Under the pieces are notes generated by a model, which saw nothing but the letters and a program-made list of their open reading frames with translations, made no database searches and was not told the origin of the DNA. 64,000 nt of DNA from the NCBI GenBank assembly GCA_964658305.1, contig OZ210884.1, positions 3,472,001-3,536,000 on the forward strand, written 5' to 3'. The DNA is from Leptogorgia sarmentosa (Eukaryota). Each line of letters opens with the position of its first letter. Position 1 is the first letter of the stretch. Below, one piece after another: positions 13,601 through 28,600 of the stretch. Position numbers and translations under genes: made by a program.

Positions 13601-16600
13601 TTCTGAACAACATGGAGAGATAATTATTTCAAAACCTTGCAGCATGTGTACACACTAACTGTTCGGAAGTTTTAAGAACGCTTATCAATTTTAGTCTCTT
13701 ATGATCTTCGTAGCTCAACAATTTTTCCGTATTATTTCAATTAGAGCAGAAATTTTGTAGGCAATATGCTGTTCTCTGTATATCAATTTCAATATCCACA
13801 TTAAGAACGAAAGAAAGGCAAGGACTCGTGTTGAAATATTTAATGTAAGAAGAACTTGATTCCATCTGATCGATAGGGCCATTTCCTTGGATATTAATAG
13901 CTACATGAAATTTTAGTACCATGAGTTGAATGTCATTCTTGAAGCAAGCGTGAGAGTGCAATTACGGTGATAAATTTATATAATCATTCATACCATTGCA
14001 CGTTGAAGAAGATATTTTGTCTGCCAAAGGATATAGTTCTTCGAAGTTGTCCAAGAGATAAACGTGTTCATCAATGGGGGACGTTGCCATTGTTTCCAAT
14101 TCTGATACTCCAATACCTGAACCAACTCCAATCGAAAATATTGTAAGGCCAATGTCTTTGAGTTGTTGTGCTGGTTGATCAACGCTTCCATGGCTCCGGC
14201 CATCAGTGACCACCAGCAGAACTTGATTAGCGTCTAAAAAGATTAACGATATAAAATCAGTATAACAAGATAAGCGTAACGTGAAACGACTATTATTGTG
14301 AAAAAAAACAAAGCTGAAGAACAAACAAGCTATATGCAAAACGATGAAACAAAAAAATGAACAAATGAAAAGGACAGACCTGAAAATCGAGCCCCGTTGT
14401 TTGCTTTGAACATCTCTGTATACGCTTTAACCAAAGCCAAGTCAGTATTAGTGATACCACTGGTGAAGGAAATATTCTGTATCGCAGAGTGAAGATCCTC
14501 CCGCGTTTCAAATATTTGGGAAAATGGAAAATGTAGTGTGCAAGATGTTGCATACGAAATAACAGACACCCTTGTATTTTCGTGTGAAATGTTAAAGTGA
14601 TCGGTAAGATCCTTTACAAAAGATTTAATCTTTTCGAAATTAAAGGCACCGATACTACCAGAGCTATCTAAAATGAATCCTATATCAAGCTTTCCTTCGC
14701 AAATGTTGACGTTTTTGCCTAAAAGTAAAAACAAAACAAATATTTTATCTAAAAACAGTGATGCGACCATGAAAATTCAAAACTTGACTTGCCATTTTAA
14801 ATGTGCTATACACAAGATTTTTTCAGCACAAAGCAAGAAATTCGTTCTCGAATTTACACAGATGTAAATGTAAATGCATTTTCAAGCTGAACACTTTGAA
14901 ACATGATTTTGTTGACATAGGTTGGACTAGGTTATTCATTAATTTCGCCTACCTGTACAGTTTAAACCATTTCCATAAAAGCCATTTATACAAGTGCATG
15001 TAAATGATCCATTTGTGTTCGTACACGTGGCATTGTTATGGCAATCGTGTATTCTCATTTCACATTCATTCACATCTGTAACAGCCAAAGGATATTTCAT
15101 CACTTAACGCTAAATGTTTAAGTCAATGAAGTGCCATTGTGAAGTCGTTCTGGAAACAGCCTGAATAATTTTGATAGGGAAACACAACTATCTCCAAGAT
15201 TGGTACAATTTAAGTAATAATAAAGGCTAACGAATATCCTTAACAATTGTACTTCGTTTTTAACAGTGGGCCAAGTACTATTATTTTCTTTCCAAAGGCG
15301 AGTTAAGAACAGCTAGATTCAGTGAAATGGAATCATTCAAACTTTTTCAAAACTTTCTGCAGTTAATTTTATTTGAAATGCATGCGCTACTTTCTAGCTA
15401 GCGAACATTGTAAAATCGTTAAAAGCATTCGTGGTCTGAGTCAATTCAATTTGATACAATTATAAATATTTACATAAATTTCATTGTATAAGACATCGGC
15501 AAAAATTACGGTTATCACAATTTATTGAATATTTATGAGGTTCATTCCACATACCCGCACAGTTTACACCATCCCCAGTAAAACCATTGTTACATGCACA
15601 GGTAAATGATCCATGTGTGTTGTTGCACGTAGCATTGTCGTGGCAATTGTGCGTGTTAATGGCACATTCATTCACATCTGCCACTGTAAAAAGAGAATTG
15701 ATAACATTAAGCCAATTCGTCAAACTCAAGCCTATAGATTGTTCAATGGCGTATAATCATTCAGGAAACATGGTGAATATGTTTCCTTTAGCTCTTGAAA
15801 AGCTGTACCTTAATACCCTGAAAATCGGAGCACATCCACTATGAACAATACTAGGTGATAATACACACCAATTTTGCAATGTTTTTAGACACGCTATGAA
15901 GTAATACATTTTCAAAACGCAGGACCCGGCATACTCTAATGAAACAGCATCATTAACTCTCCCACAGTTTGTTTTCGTAAAATTCTTAGGCAAACATAAT
16001 TCAATTTATTTAATTCAATTTCCTCTCAGTAATTTCGCGAAAACAGACGAGGATAAAGTTGGGAATGATGTTTTCAATAAGACGTTTTTATACGCATACC
16101 TGTACAATTGACCCCATCTCCAGAAAAGCCATCCAGGCAAACACATGCAAATGATCCAATTGTATTTAAACATGTAGCATTTTCGTGACAATTGTGGGTG
16201 TTATTGGCACATTCGTTGGTATCTGCAAAATTAAAAAAACTCTGTAACTTACGGTAAATACCCCAAATTCCTTCTGTACGGTCGGGAACCTTCTGAACAA
16301 CATGGAGAGATAATTATTTCAAAACCTTGCAGCATGTGTACACACTAACTGTTCGGAAGTTTTAAGAACGCTTATCAATTTTAGTCTCTTATGATCTTCG
16401 TAGCTCAACAATTTTTCCGTATTATTTCAATTAGAGCAGAAATTTTGTAGGCAATATGCTGTTCTCTTTATATCAATTTCAATATCCACATTAAGAACGA
16501 AAGAAAGGCAAGGACTCGTGTTGAAATATTTAATGTAAGAAGAACTTGATTCCATCTGATCGATAGGGCCATTTCCTTGGATATTAATAGCAACATGAAA

Positions 16601-19600
16601 TTTTAGTACCATGAGTTGAATGTCATTCTTGAAGCAAGCGTGAGAGTGCAATTACGGTGATAAATTTATATAATCATTCATACCATTGCACGTTGAAGAA
16701 GATATTTTGTCTGCCAAAGGATATAGTTCTTCGAAATTATCCAAGAGATAAACGTGTTCATCAATGGGGGACGTTGCCATTGTTTCCAATTCTGATACTC
16801 CAATACCTGAACCAACTCCAATCGAAAATATTGTAAGGCCAATGTCTTTGAGTTGTTGTGCTGGTTGATCAACGCTTCCATGGCTCCGGCCATCAGTGAC
16901 CACCAGCAGAACTTGATTAGCGTCTAAAAAGATTAACGATATAAAATCAGTATAACAAGATAAGCGTAACGTGAAACGACTATTATTGTGAAAAAAAAGA
17001 AAGCTGAAGAACAAACAAGCTATATGCAAAACGATGAAACAAAAAAATGAACAAATGAAAAGGACAGACCTGAAAATCGAGCCCCGTTGTTTGCTTTGAA
17101 CATCTCTGTATACGCTTTAACCAAAGCCAAGTCAGTATTAGTGATACCACTGGTGAAGGAAATATTCTGTATCGCAGAGTGAAGATCCTCCCGCGTTTCA
17201 AATATTTGGGAAAATGGAAAATGTAGTGTGCAAGATGTTGCATACGAAATAACAGACACCCTTGTATTTTCGTGTGAAATGTTAAAGTGATCGGTAAGAT
17301 CCTTTACAAAAGATTTAATCTTTTCGAAATTAAAGGCACCGATACTACCAGAGCTATCTAAAATGAATCCTATATCAAGCTTTCCTTCGCAAATGTTGAC
17401 GTTTTTGCCTAAAAGTAAAAACAAAACAAATATTTTATCTAAAAACAGTGATGCGATCATGAAAATTCAAAATTTGACTTGCCATTTTAAATGTGCTATA
17501 CACAAGATTTTTTGAGCACAAAGCAAGAAATTCATTCTCGAATTTACACAGATGAAAATATAAATGCATTTTCAAGTTGAACACTTTGAAACATGATTTT
17601 GTTTCAAAGGCGATACAAAGGAAGCTCGCTTGAAATTATGCCTAGAATACTACAGCAGCCATTTTTATTAATAGTTCTTTTATTTTCTAATTTGCATTCA
17701 ACTACTATGAAAAGTTGAATGCGAAGTGCTGCCGTTCCTTAAATCAATTTGCATATCGATATTAAGGTAAATATGTCAAAAAGTGTTAAGTAAACGTTGA
17801 CAAAGGTTGGAATAGGTTATTGATTAATTTCCCCTACCTGTACAGTTTAAACCATTTCCATAAAAGCCATTTATACAAGTGCATGTAAAGGATCCATTTG
17901 TGTTCGTACACGTGGCATTGTCATGGCAATCGTGTGTCCTCATTTCACATTCATTCACATCTGTAACAGCCAAAGGATATTTCATCACTTAACGCTAACT
18001 GTTTAAGTCAATGAAATGCCATTGCGAAGTCGTTCAGGAAACAGCCAGAATAATTTTGCTAGGGAAACACAACTATCCCCAAGATTGGTACACCTTAACT
18101 AGTAATAAAGGTTGACGAATATCCTTAACAATTGCACTTTTTTTAATGAAGGGGCAAGGACTATTATTTTCTTTGTAAAGGCGGGTTTTAAGAATGGCTT
18201 GATTGAAATGGAATCATTCCAACTTTTCAACATTTTCTGTAGTTATTTTTTCAATCTTATATATATATTTAATTTTACTTGAAATGCATGCTCTAGTTTC
18301 TAGCTAGCGAACATTGAAAAATAGTTAAGAGCATTCGTGGTCTGAGTCAATTCAATTTGTATAATTATAAATATTTACATAAATTTCATTGTATAAGACA
18401 TCGACAAATGTTATCACAATTTATTTAATATTTATGGGGTTCATTCCACATACCCGCACAGTTTACACCATCCCCAGTAAAACCATTGTTACATGCACAG
18501 GTAAATGATCCATGTGTGCTGTTGCACGTAGCATTGTCGTGGCAATTGTGCGTGTTAATGGCACATTCATTCACATCTGCCACTGTAAAAAGAGAATTGA
18601 TAACATTAAGCCAATTCGTCAAACTCAAGCCTATAGATTGTTCAATGGCGTATAATCCTTCAGAAAACATGGTGAATATTTTTTAATTAACTCTTGAAAA
18701 GCCGTACCTTAATACCCTGAAAATCAGAGCACATCCACTATGAACAATACTAGGTGATAATACACACCAATTTTGAATGTTTTTAGACACGCTATGAAGT
18801 AATACATTTTCAAAACGCAGGCCACGGCTTACTCTAATGAAACAGCATCATTAATATAACTCTCCCACAGTTTGTTTTCGTAAAATTCTTCCGCAAACAT
18901 AATTCAATTTATTTAATTCAATTTCCTCTCTGTAATTTCGCGAAAACAGACGAGGATAAAGTTGGGAATGATATTTTCAATAAGACGTTTTTTACGCATA
19001 CCTGTACAATTGACCCCATCTCCAGAAAAGCCATCCAGGCACACACATGCAAATGATCCAATTGTATTTAAACATGTAGCATTTTCGTGACAATTGTGGG
19101 TGTTATTGGCACATTCGTTGGTATCTGCAAAGGTAAAAAAAACTCTGTAACTTACGGTAAATACCCCAAATTCCTTCTGTGCGGTCGGAACCTTCTGAAC
19201 AACATGGAGAGATAATTATTTCAAAACCTTGCAGCATGTGTACACACTAACTGTTCGGAAGTTTTAAGAACGCTTATCAATTTTAGTCTCTTATGATCTT
19301 CGTAGCTCAACAATTTTTCCGTATTATTTCAATTAGAGCAGAAATTTTGTAGGCAATATGCTGTTCTCTGTATATCAATTTCAATATCCACATTAAGAAC
19401 GAAAGAAAGGCAAGGACTGGTGTTGAAATATTTAATGTAAGAAGAACTTGATTCCATCTGATCGATAGGGCCATTTCCTTGGATATTAATAGCTACATGA
19501 AATTTTAGTACCATGAGTTGAATGTCATTCTTGAAGCAAGCGTGAGAGTGCAATTACGGTGATAAACTTATATAATCATTCATACCATTGCACGTTGAAG

Positions 19601-22600
19601 AAGATATTTTGTCTGCCAAAGGATATAGTTCTTCGAAATTATCCAAGAGATAAACGTGTTCATCAATGGGGGACGTTGCTATTGTTTCCAATTCTGATAC
19701 TCCAATACCTGAACCAACTCCAATCGAAAATATTGTAAGGCCAATGTCTTTGAGTTGTTGTGCTGGTTGATCAACGCTTCCATGGCTCTGGCCATCAGTG
19801 ACCACCAGCAGAACTTGATTAGCGTCTAAAAAGATTAACGATATAAAATCAGTATAACAAGATGAGCGTAACGTGAAACGACTATTATTGTGAAAAAAAA
19901 CAAAGCTGAAGAACAAACAAACTATATGCAAAACGATGAAACAAAAAAATGAACAAATGAAAAGGACAGACCTGAAAATCGAGCCCCGTTGTTTGCTTTG
20001 AACATCTCTGTATACGCTTTAACCAAAGCCAAGTCAGTATTAGTGATACCACTGGTGAAGGAAATATTCTGTATCGCGGAGTGAAGATCCTCCCGCGTTT
20101 CAAAAATTTGGGAAAATGGAAAATGTAGTGTGCAAGATGTTGCATACGAAATAACAGACACCCTTGTATTTTCGTGTGAAATGTTAAAGTGATCGGTAAG
20201 ATCCTTTACAAAAGATTTAATCTTTTCGAAATTAAAGGCACCGATACTACCAGAGCTATCTAAAATGAATCCTATATCAAGCTTTCCTTCGCAAATGTTG
20301 ACGTTTTTGCCTAAAAGTAAAAACAAAACAAATATTTTATCTAAAAACAGTGATGCGACCATGAAAATTCAAAACTTGACTTGCCATTTTAAATGTGCTA
20401 TACACAAGATTTTTTCAGCACAAAGCAAGAAATTCGTTCTCGAATTTACACAGATGTAAATGTAAATGCATTTTCAAGCTGAACACTTTGAAACATGATT
20501 TTGTTGACATAGGTTGGACTAGGTTATTCATTAATTTCGCCTACCTGTACAGTTTAAACCATTTCCATAAAAGCCATTTATACAAGTGCATGTAAATGAT
20601 CCATTTGTGTTCGTACACGTGGCATTGTTATGGCAATCGTGTATTCTCATTTCACATTCATTCACATCTGTAACAGCCAAAGGATATTTCATCACTTAAC
20701 GCTAAATGTTTAAGTCAATGAAGTGCCATTGTGAAGTCGTTCTGGAAACAGCCTGAATAATTTTGATAGGGAAACACAACTATCTCCAAGATTGGTACAA
20801 TTTAAGTAATAATAAAGGCTAACGAATATCCTTAACAATTGTACTTCGTTTTTAACAGTGGGCCAAGTACTATTATTTTCTTTCCAAAGGCGAGTTAAGA
20901 ACAGCTAGATTCAGTGAAATGGAATCATTCAAACTTTTTCAAAACTTTCTGCAGTTAATTTTATTTGAAATGCGTGCGCTACTTTCTAGCTAGCGAACAT
21001 TGTAAAATCGTTAAAAGCATTCGTGGTCTGAGTCAATTCAATTTGATACAATTATAAATATTTACATAAATTTCATTGTATAAGACATCGGCAAAAATTA
21101 AGGTTATCACAATTTATTGAATATTTATGAGGTTCATTCCACATACCCGCACAGTTTACACCATCCCCAGTAAAACCATTGTTACATGCACAGGTAAATG
21201 ATCCATGTGTGTTGTTGCACGTAGCATTGTCGTGGCAATTGTGCGTGTTAATGGCACATTCATTCACATCTGCCACTGTAAAAAGAGAATTGATAACATT
21301 AAGCCAATTCGTCAAACTCAAGCCTATAGATTGTTCAATGGCGTATAATCATTCAGGAAACATGGTGAATATGTTTCCTTTAGCTCTTGAAAAGCTGTAC
21401 CTTAATACCCTGAAAATCGGAGCACATCCACTATGAACAATACTAGGTGATAATACACACCAATTTTGCAATGTTTTTAGACACGCTATGAAGTAATACA
21501 TTTTCAAAACGCAGGACCCGGCATACTCTAATGAAACAGCATCATTAACTCTCCCACAGTTTGTTTTCGTAAAATTCTTAGGCAAACATAATTCAATTTA
21601 TTTAATTCAATTTCCTCTCAGTAATTTCGCGAAAACAGACGAGGATAAAGTTGGGAATGATGTTTTCAATAAGACGTTTTTATACGCATACCTGTACAAT
21701 TGACCCCATCTCCAGAAAAGCCATCCAGGCAAACACATGCAAATGATCCAATTGTATTTAAACATGTAGCATTTTCGTGACAATTGTGGGTGTTATTGGC
21801 ACATTCGTTGGTATCTGCAAAATTAAAAAAACTCTGTAACTTACGGTAAATACCCCAAATTCCTTCTGTACGGTCGGGAACCTTCTGAACAACATGGAGA
21901 GATAATTATTTCAAAACCTTGCAGCATGTGTACACACTAACTGTTCGGAAGTTTTAAGAACGCTTATCAATTTTAGTCTCTTATGATCTTCGTAGCTCAA
22001 CAATTTTTCCGTATTATTTCAATTAGAGCAGAAATTTTGTAGGCAATATGCTGTTCTCTGTATATCAATTTCAATATCCACATTAAGAACGAAAGAAAGG
22101 CAAGGACTCGTGTTGAAATATTTAATGTAAGAAGAACTTGATTCCATCTGATCGATAGGGCCATTTCCTTGGATATTAATAGCAACATGAAATTTTAGTA
22201 CCATGAGTTGAATGTCATTCTTGAAGCAAGCGTGAGAGTGCAATTACGGTGATAAATTTATATAATCATTCATACCATTGCACGTTGAAGAAGATATTTT
22301 GTCTGCCAAAGGATATAGTTCTTCGAAATTATCCAAGAGATAAACGTGTTCATCAATGGGGGACGTTGCCATTGTTTCCAATTCTGATACTCCAATACCT
22401 GAACCAACTCCAATCGAAAATATTGTAAGGCCAATGTCTTTGAGTTGTTGTGCTGGTTGATCAACGCTTCCATGGCTCCGGCCATCAGTGACCACCAGCA
22501 GAACTTGATTAGCGTCTAAAAAGATTAACGATATAAAATCAGTATAACAAGATAAGCGTAACGTGAAACGACTATTATTGTGAAAAAAAAGAAAGCTGAA

Positions 22601-25600
22601 GAACAAACAAGCTATATGCAAAACGATGAAACAAAAAAATGAACAAATGAAAAGGACAGACCTGAAAATCGAGCCCCGTTGTTTGCTTTGAACATCTCTG
22701 TATACGCTTTAACCAAAGCCAAGTCAGTATTAGTGATACCACTGGTGAAGGAAATATTCTGTATCGCAGAGTGAAGATCCTCCCGCGTTTCAAATATTTG
22801 GGAAAATGGAAAATGTAGTGTGCAAGATGTTGCATACGAAATAACAGACACCCTTGTATTTTCGTGTGAAATGTTAAAGTGATCGGTAAGATCCTTTACA
22901 AAAGATTTAATCTTTTCGAAATTAAAGGCACCGATACTACCAGAGCTATCTAAAATGAATCCTATATCAAGCTTTCCTTCGCAAATGTTGACGTTTTTGC
23001 CTAAAAGTAAAAACAAAACAAATATTTTATCTAAAAACAGTGATGCGAGCATGAAAATTCAAAACTTGACTTGCCATTTTAAATGTGCTATACACAAGAT
23101 TTTTTCAGCACAAAGCAAGAAATTCGTTCTCGAATTTACACAGATGTAAATATAAATGCATTTTCAAGCTGAACACTTTGAAACATGATTTTGTTGACAT
23201 ACAGGTTGGACTAGGTTATTCATTAATTTCGCCTACCTGTACAGTTTAAACCATTTCCATAAAAGCCATTTATACAAGTGCATGTAAATGATCCATTTGT
23301 GTTCGTACACGTGGCATTGTTATGGCAATCGTGTATTCTCATTTCACATTCATTCACATCTGTAACAGCCAAAGGATATTTCATCACTTAACGCAAAATG
23401 TTTAAGACAATGAAGTGCCATTGTGAAGTGGTTCTGGAAACAGCCTGAATAATTTTGATAGGGAAACACAACTATCCCCAAGATTGGTACAATTTAAGTA
23501 ATAAGAAAGGCTAACGAATATCCTTAACAATTGTACGTATTGTTTTTAACAATGGGCCAAGTACTATTATTTTCTTTCCAAAGGCGAGTTAAGAACAGCT
23601 AGATTCAGTGAAATGGAATCATTCAAACTTTTTCAAAACTTTCTGCTGTTAATTTTACTTGAAATTCATGCGCTACTTTCTAGCTAGCGAACATTGTAAA
23701 ATCGTTAAGAGCATTCGTGGTCTGAGTCAATTCAATTTGATACAATTATAAATATTTACATAAATTTCATTATATAAGACATCGGCAAAAATTAAGGTTA
23801 TCACAATTTATTGAATATTTATGAGGTTCATTCCACATACCCGCACAGTTTACACCATCCCCAGTAAAACCATTGTTACATGCACAGGTAAATGATCCAT
23901 GTGTGTTGTTGCACGTAGCATTGTCGTGGCAATTGTGCGTGTTAATGGCACATTCATTCACATCTGCCACTGTAAAAAGAGAATTGATAACATTAAGCCA
24001 ATTCGTCAAACTCAAGCCTATAGATTGTTCAATGGCGTATAATCATTCAGGAAACATGGTGAATATTTTTCCTTTAGCTCTTGAAATGCTGTACCTTAAT
24101 ACCCTGAAAATCGGAGCACATCCACTATGAACAATACTAGGTGATAATACACACCAATTTTGAATGTTTTTAGACACGCTATGAAGTAATACATTTTCAA
24201 AACGCAGGCCACGGCTTACTCCAATGAAACAGCATCATTATAACTCTCCCACAGTTTGTTTTCGTAAAATTCTTTCGCAAACATAATTCAATTTATTTAA
24301 TTCAATTTCCTCTCTGTAATTTCGCGAAAACAGACGAGGATAAAGTTGGAAATGATATTTTCAATAAGACGTTTTTTTACGCATACCTGTACAATTGACC
24401 CCATCTCCAGAAAAGCCATCCAGGCACACACATGCAAATGATCCAATTGTATTTAAACATGTAGCATTTTCGTGACAATTGTGGGTGTTATTGGCACATT
24501 CGTTGGTATCTGCAAAGGTAAAAAAACTCTGTAACTTACGGTAAATACCCCAAATTCCTTCTGTACGGTCGGGAACCTTCTGAACAACATGGAGAGATAG
24601 TTATTTCAAAACCTTGCAGCATGTGTACACACTAACTGTTCGGAAGTTTTAAGAACGCTTATCAATTTTAGTCTCTTATGATCTTCGTAGCTCAACAATT
24701 TTTCCGTATTATTTCAAATAGAGCAGAAATTTTGTAGGCAATATGCTGTTCTCTGTATATCAATTTCAATATCCACATTAAGAACGAAAGAAAGGCAAGG
24801 ACTGGTGTTGAAATATTTAATGTAAGAAGAACTTGATTCCATCTGATCGATAGGGCCATTTCCTTGGATATTAATAGCTACATGAAATTTTAGTACCATG
24901 AGTTGAATGTCATTCTTGAAGCAAGCGTGAGAGTGCAATTACGGTGATAAATTTATATAATCATTCATACCATTGCACGTTGAAGAAGATATTTTGTCTG
25001 CCAAAGGATATAGTTCTTCGAAATTATCCAAGAGATAAACGTGTTCATCAATGGGGGACGTTGCTATTGTTTCCAATTCTGATACTCCAATACCTGAACC
25101 AACTCCAATCGAAAATATTGTAAGGCCAATGTCTTTGAGTTGTTGTGCTGGTTGATCAACGCTTCCATGGCTCTGGCCATCAGTGACCACCAGCAGAACT
25201 TGATTAGCGTCTAAAAAGATTAACGATATAAAATCAGTATAACAAGATAAGCGTAACGTGAAACGACTATTATTGTGAAAAAAAACAAAGCTGAAGAACA
25301 AACAAGCTATATGCAAAACGATGAAACAAAAAAATGAACAAATGAAAAGGACAGACCTGAAAATCGAGCCCCGTTGTTTGCTTTGAACATCTCTGTATAC
25401 GCTTTAACCAAAGCCAAGTCAGTATTAGTGATACCACTGGTGAAGGAAATATTCTGTATCGCAGAGTGAAGATCCTCCCGCGTTTCAAATATTTGGGAAA
25501 ATGGAAAATGTAGTGTGCAAGATGTTGCATACGAAATAACAGACACCCTTGTATTTTCGTGTGAAATGTTAAAGTGATCGGTAAGATCCTTTACAAAAGA

Positions 25601-28600
25601 TTTAATCTTTTCGAAATTAAAGGCACCGATACTACCAGAGCTATCTAAAATGAATCCTATATCAAGCTTTCCTTCGCAAATGTTGACGTTTTTGCCTAAA
25701 AGTAAAAACAAAACAAATATCTTATCTAAAAACAGTGATGCGACCATGAAAATTCGAAACTTGACTTGCCATTTTAAATGTGCTATACACAAGATTTTTT
25801 CAGCACAAAGCAAGAAATTCGTTCTCGAATTTACACAGATGTAAATATAAATGCATTTTCAAGCTGAACACTTTGAAACATGATTTTGTTTCAAAGGCGA
25901 TACAAAGGAAGCTCGCTTGAAATTATGCCGAGAATACTACAGCATCCATTTTAATAGTTCTTTTAATTTCTAATTTGCATTCAACTACTATGAAAAGTTG
26001 AATGCGAAGTGGTGCCATGCCTTAAATCAATTTGCATATCAATATTAAGGTAAATATGTCGAAAAGTGTTAACGTTGACAAAGGTTGGAATAGGTTATTG
26101 ATTAATTTCGCCTACCTGTACAGTTTAAACCATTTCCATAAAAGCCATTTATACAAGTGCATGTAAAGGATCCATTTGTGTTCGTACACGTGGCATTGTC
26201 ATGGCAATCGTGTGTTCTCATTTCACATTCATTCACATCTGTAACAGCCAAAGGATATTTCATCACTTAACGCAAAATGTTTAAGACAATGAAGTGCCAT
26301 TGTGAAGTGGTTCTGGAAACAGCCTGAATAATTTTGATAGGGAAACACAACTATCCCCAAGATTGGTACAATTTAAGTAATAAGAAAGGCTAACGAATAT
26401 CCTTAACAATTGTACTTCGTTTTTAACAATGGGCCAAGTACTATTATTTTCTTTCCAAAGGCGAGTTAAGAACAGCTAGATTCAGTGAAATGGAATCATT
26501 CAAACTTTTTCAAAACTTTCTGCAGTTAATTTTACTTGAAATTCATGCGCTACTTTCTAGCTAGCGAACATTGTAAAATCGTTAAGAGCATTCGTGGTCT
26601 GAGTCAATTCAATTTGATACAATTATAAATATTTACATAAATTTCATTGTATAAGACATCGGCAAAAATTAAGGTTATCACAATTTATTGAATATTTATG
26701 AGGTTCATTCCACATACCCGCACAGTTTACACCATCCCCAGTAAAACCATTGTTACATGCACAGGTAAATGATCCATGTGTGTTGTTGCACGTAGCATTG
26801 TCGTGGCAATTGTGCGTGTTAATGGCACATTCATTCACATCTGCCACTGTAAAAAGAGAATTGATAACATTAAGCCAATTCGTCAAACTCAAGCCTATAG
26901 ATTGTTCAATGGCGTATAATCATTCAGGAAACATGGTGAATATTTTTCCTTTAGCTCTTGAAATGCTGTACCTTAATACCCTGAAAATCGGAGCACATCC
27001 ACTATGAACAATACTAGGTGATAATACACACCAATTTTGAATGTTTTTAGACACGCTATGAAGTAATACATTTTCAAAACGCAGGCCACGGCTTACTCTA
27101 ATGAAACAGCATCATTAATATAACTCTCCCACAGTTTGTTTTCGTGAAATTCTTCCGCAAACATAATTCAATTTATTTAATTCAATTTCCTCTCTGTAAT
27201 TTCGCGAAAACAGACGAGGATAAAGTTGGGAATGATATTTTCAATAAGACGTTTTTTACGCATACCTGTACAATTGACCCCATCTCCAGAAAAGCCATCC
27301 AGGCAAACACATGCAAATGATCCAATTGTATTTAAACATGTAGCATTTTCGTGACAATTGTGGGTGTTATTGGCACATTCGTTGGTATCTGCAAAGGTAA
27401 AAAAACTCTGTAACTTACGGTAAATACCCCAAATTCCTTCTGTGCGGTCGGAACCTTCTGAACAACATGGAGAGATAATTATTTCAAAACCTTGCAGCAT
27501 GTGTACACACTAACTGTTCGGAAGTTTTAAGAACGCTTATCAATTTTAGTCTCTTATGATCTTCGTAGCTCAACAATTTTTCCGTATTATTTCAAATAGA
27601 GCAGAAATTTTGTAGGCAATATGCTGTTCTCTGTATATCAATTTCAATATCCACATTAAGAACGAAAGAAAGGCAAGGACTGGTGTTGAAATATTTAATG
27701 TAAGAAGAACTTGATTCCATCTGATCGATAGGGCCATTTCCTTGGATATTAATAGCTACATGAAATTTTAGTACCATGAGTTGAATGTCATTCTTGAAGC
27801 AAGCGTGAGAGTGCAATTACGGTGATAAATTTATATAATCATTCATACCATTGCACGTTGAAGAAGATATTTTGTCTGCCAAAGGATATAGTTCTTCGAA
27901 ATTATCCAAGAGATAAACGTGTTCATCAATGGGGGACGTTGCTATTGTTTCCAATTCTGATACTCCAATACCTGAACCAACTCCAATCGAAAATATTGTA
28001 AGGCCAATGTCTTTGAGTTGTTGTGCTGGTTGATCAACGCTTCCATGGCTCTGGCCATCAGTGACCACCAGCAGAACTTGATTAGCGTCTAAAAAGATTA
28101 ACGATATAAAATCAGTATAACAAGATAAGCGTAACGTGAAACGACTATTATTGTGAAAAAAAACAAAGCTGAAGAACAAACAAGCTATATGCAAAACGAT
28201 GAAACAAAAAAATGAACAAATGAAAAGGACAGACCTGAAAATCGAGCCCCGTTGTTTGCTTTGAACATCTCTGTATACGCTTTAACCAAAGCCAAGTCAG
28301 TATTAGTGATACCACTGGTGAAGGAAATATTCTGTATCGCAGAGTGAAGATCCTCCCGCGTTTCAAATATTTGGGAAAATGGAAAATGTAGTGTGCAAGA
28401 TGTTGCATACGAAATAACAGACACCCTTGTATTTTCGTGTGAAATGTTAAAGTGATCGGTAAGATCCTTTACAAAAGATTTAATCTTTTCGAAATTAAAG
28501 GCACCGATACTACCAGAGCTATCTAAAATGAATCCTATATCAAGCTTTCCTTCGCAAATGTTGACGTTTTTGCCTAAAAGTAAAAACAAAACAAATATCT

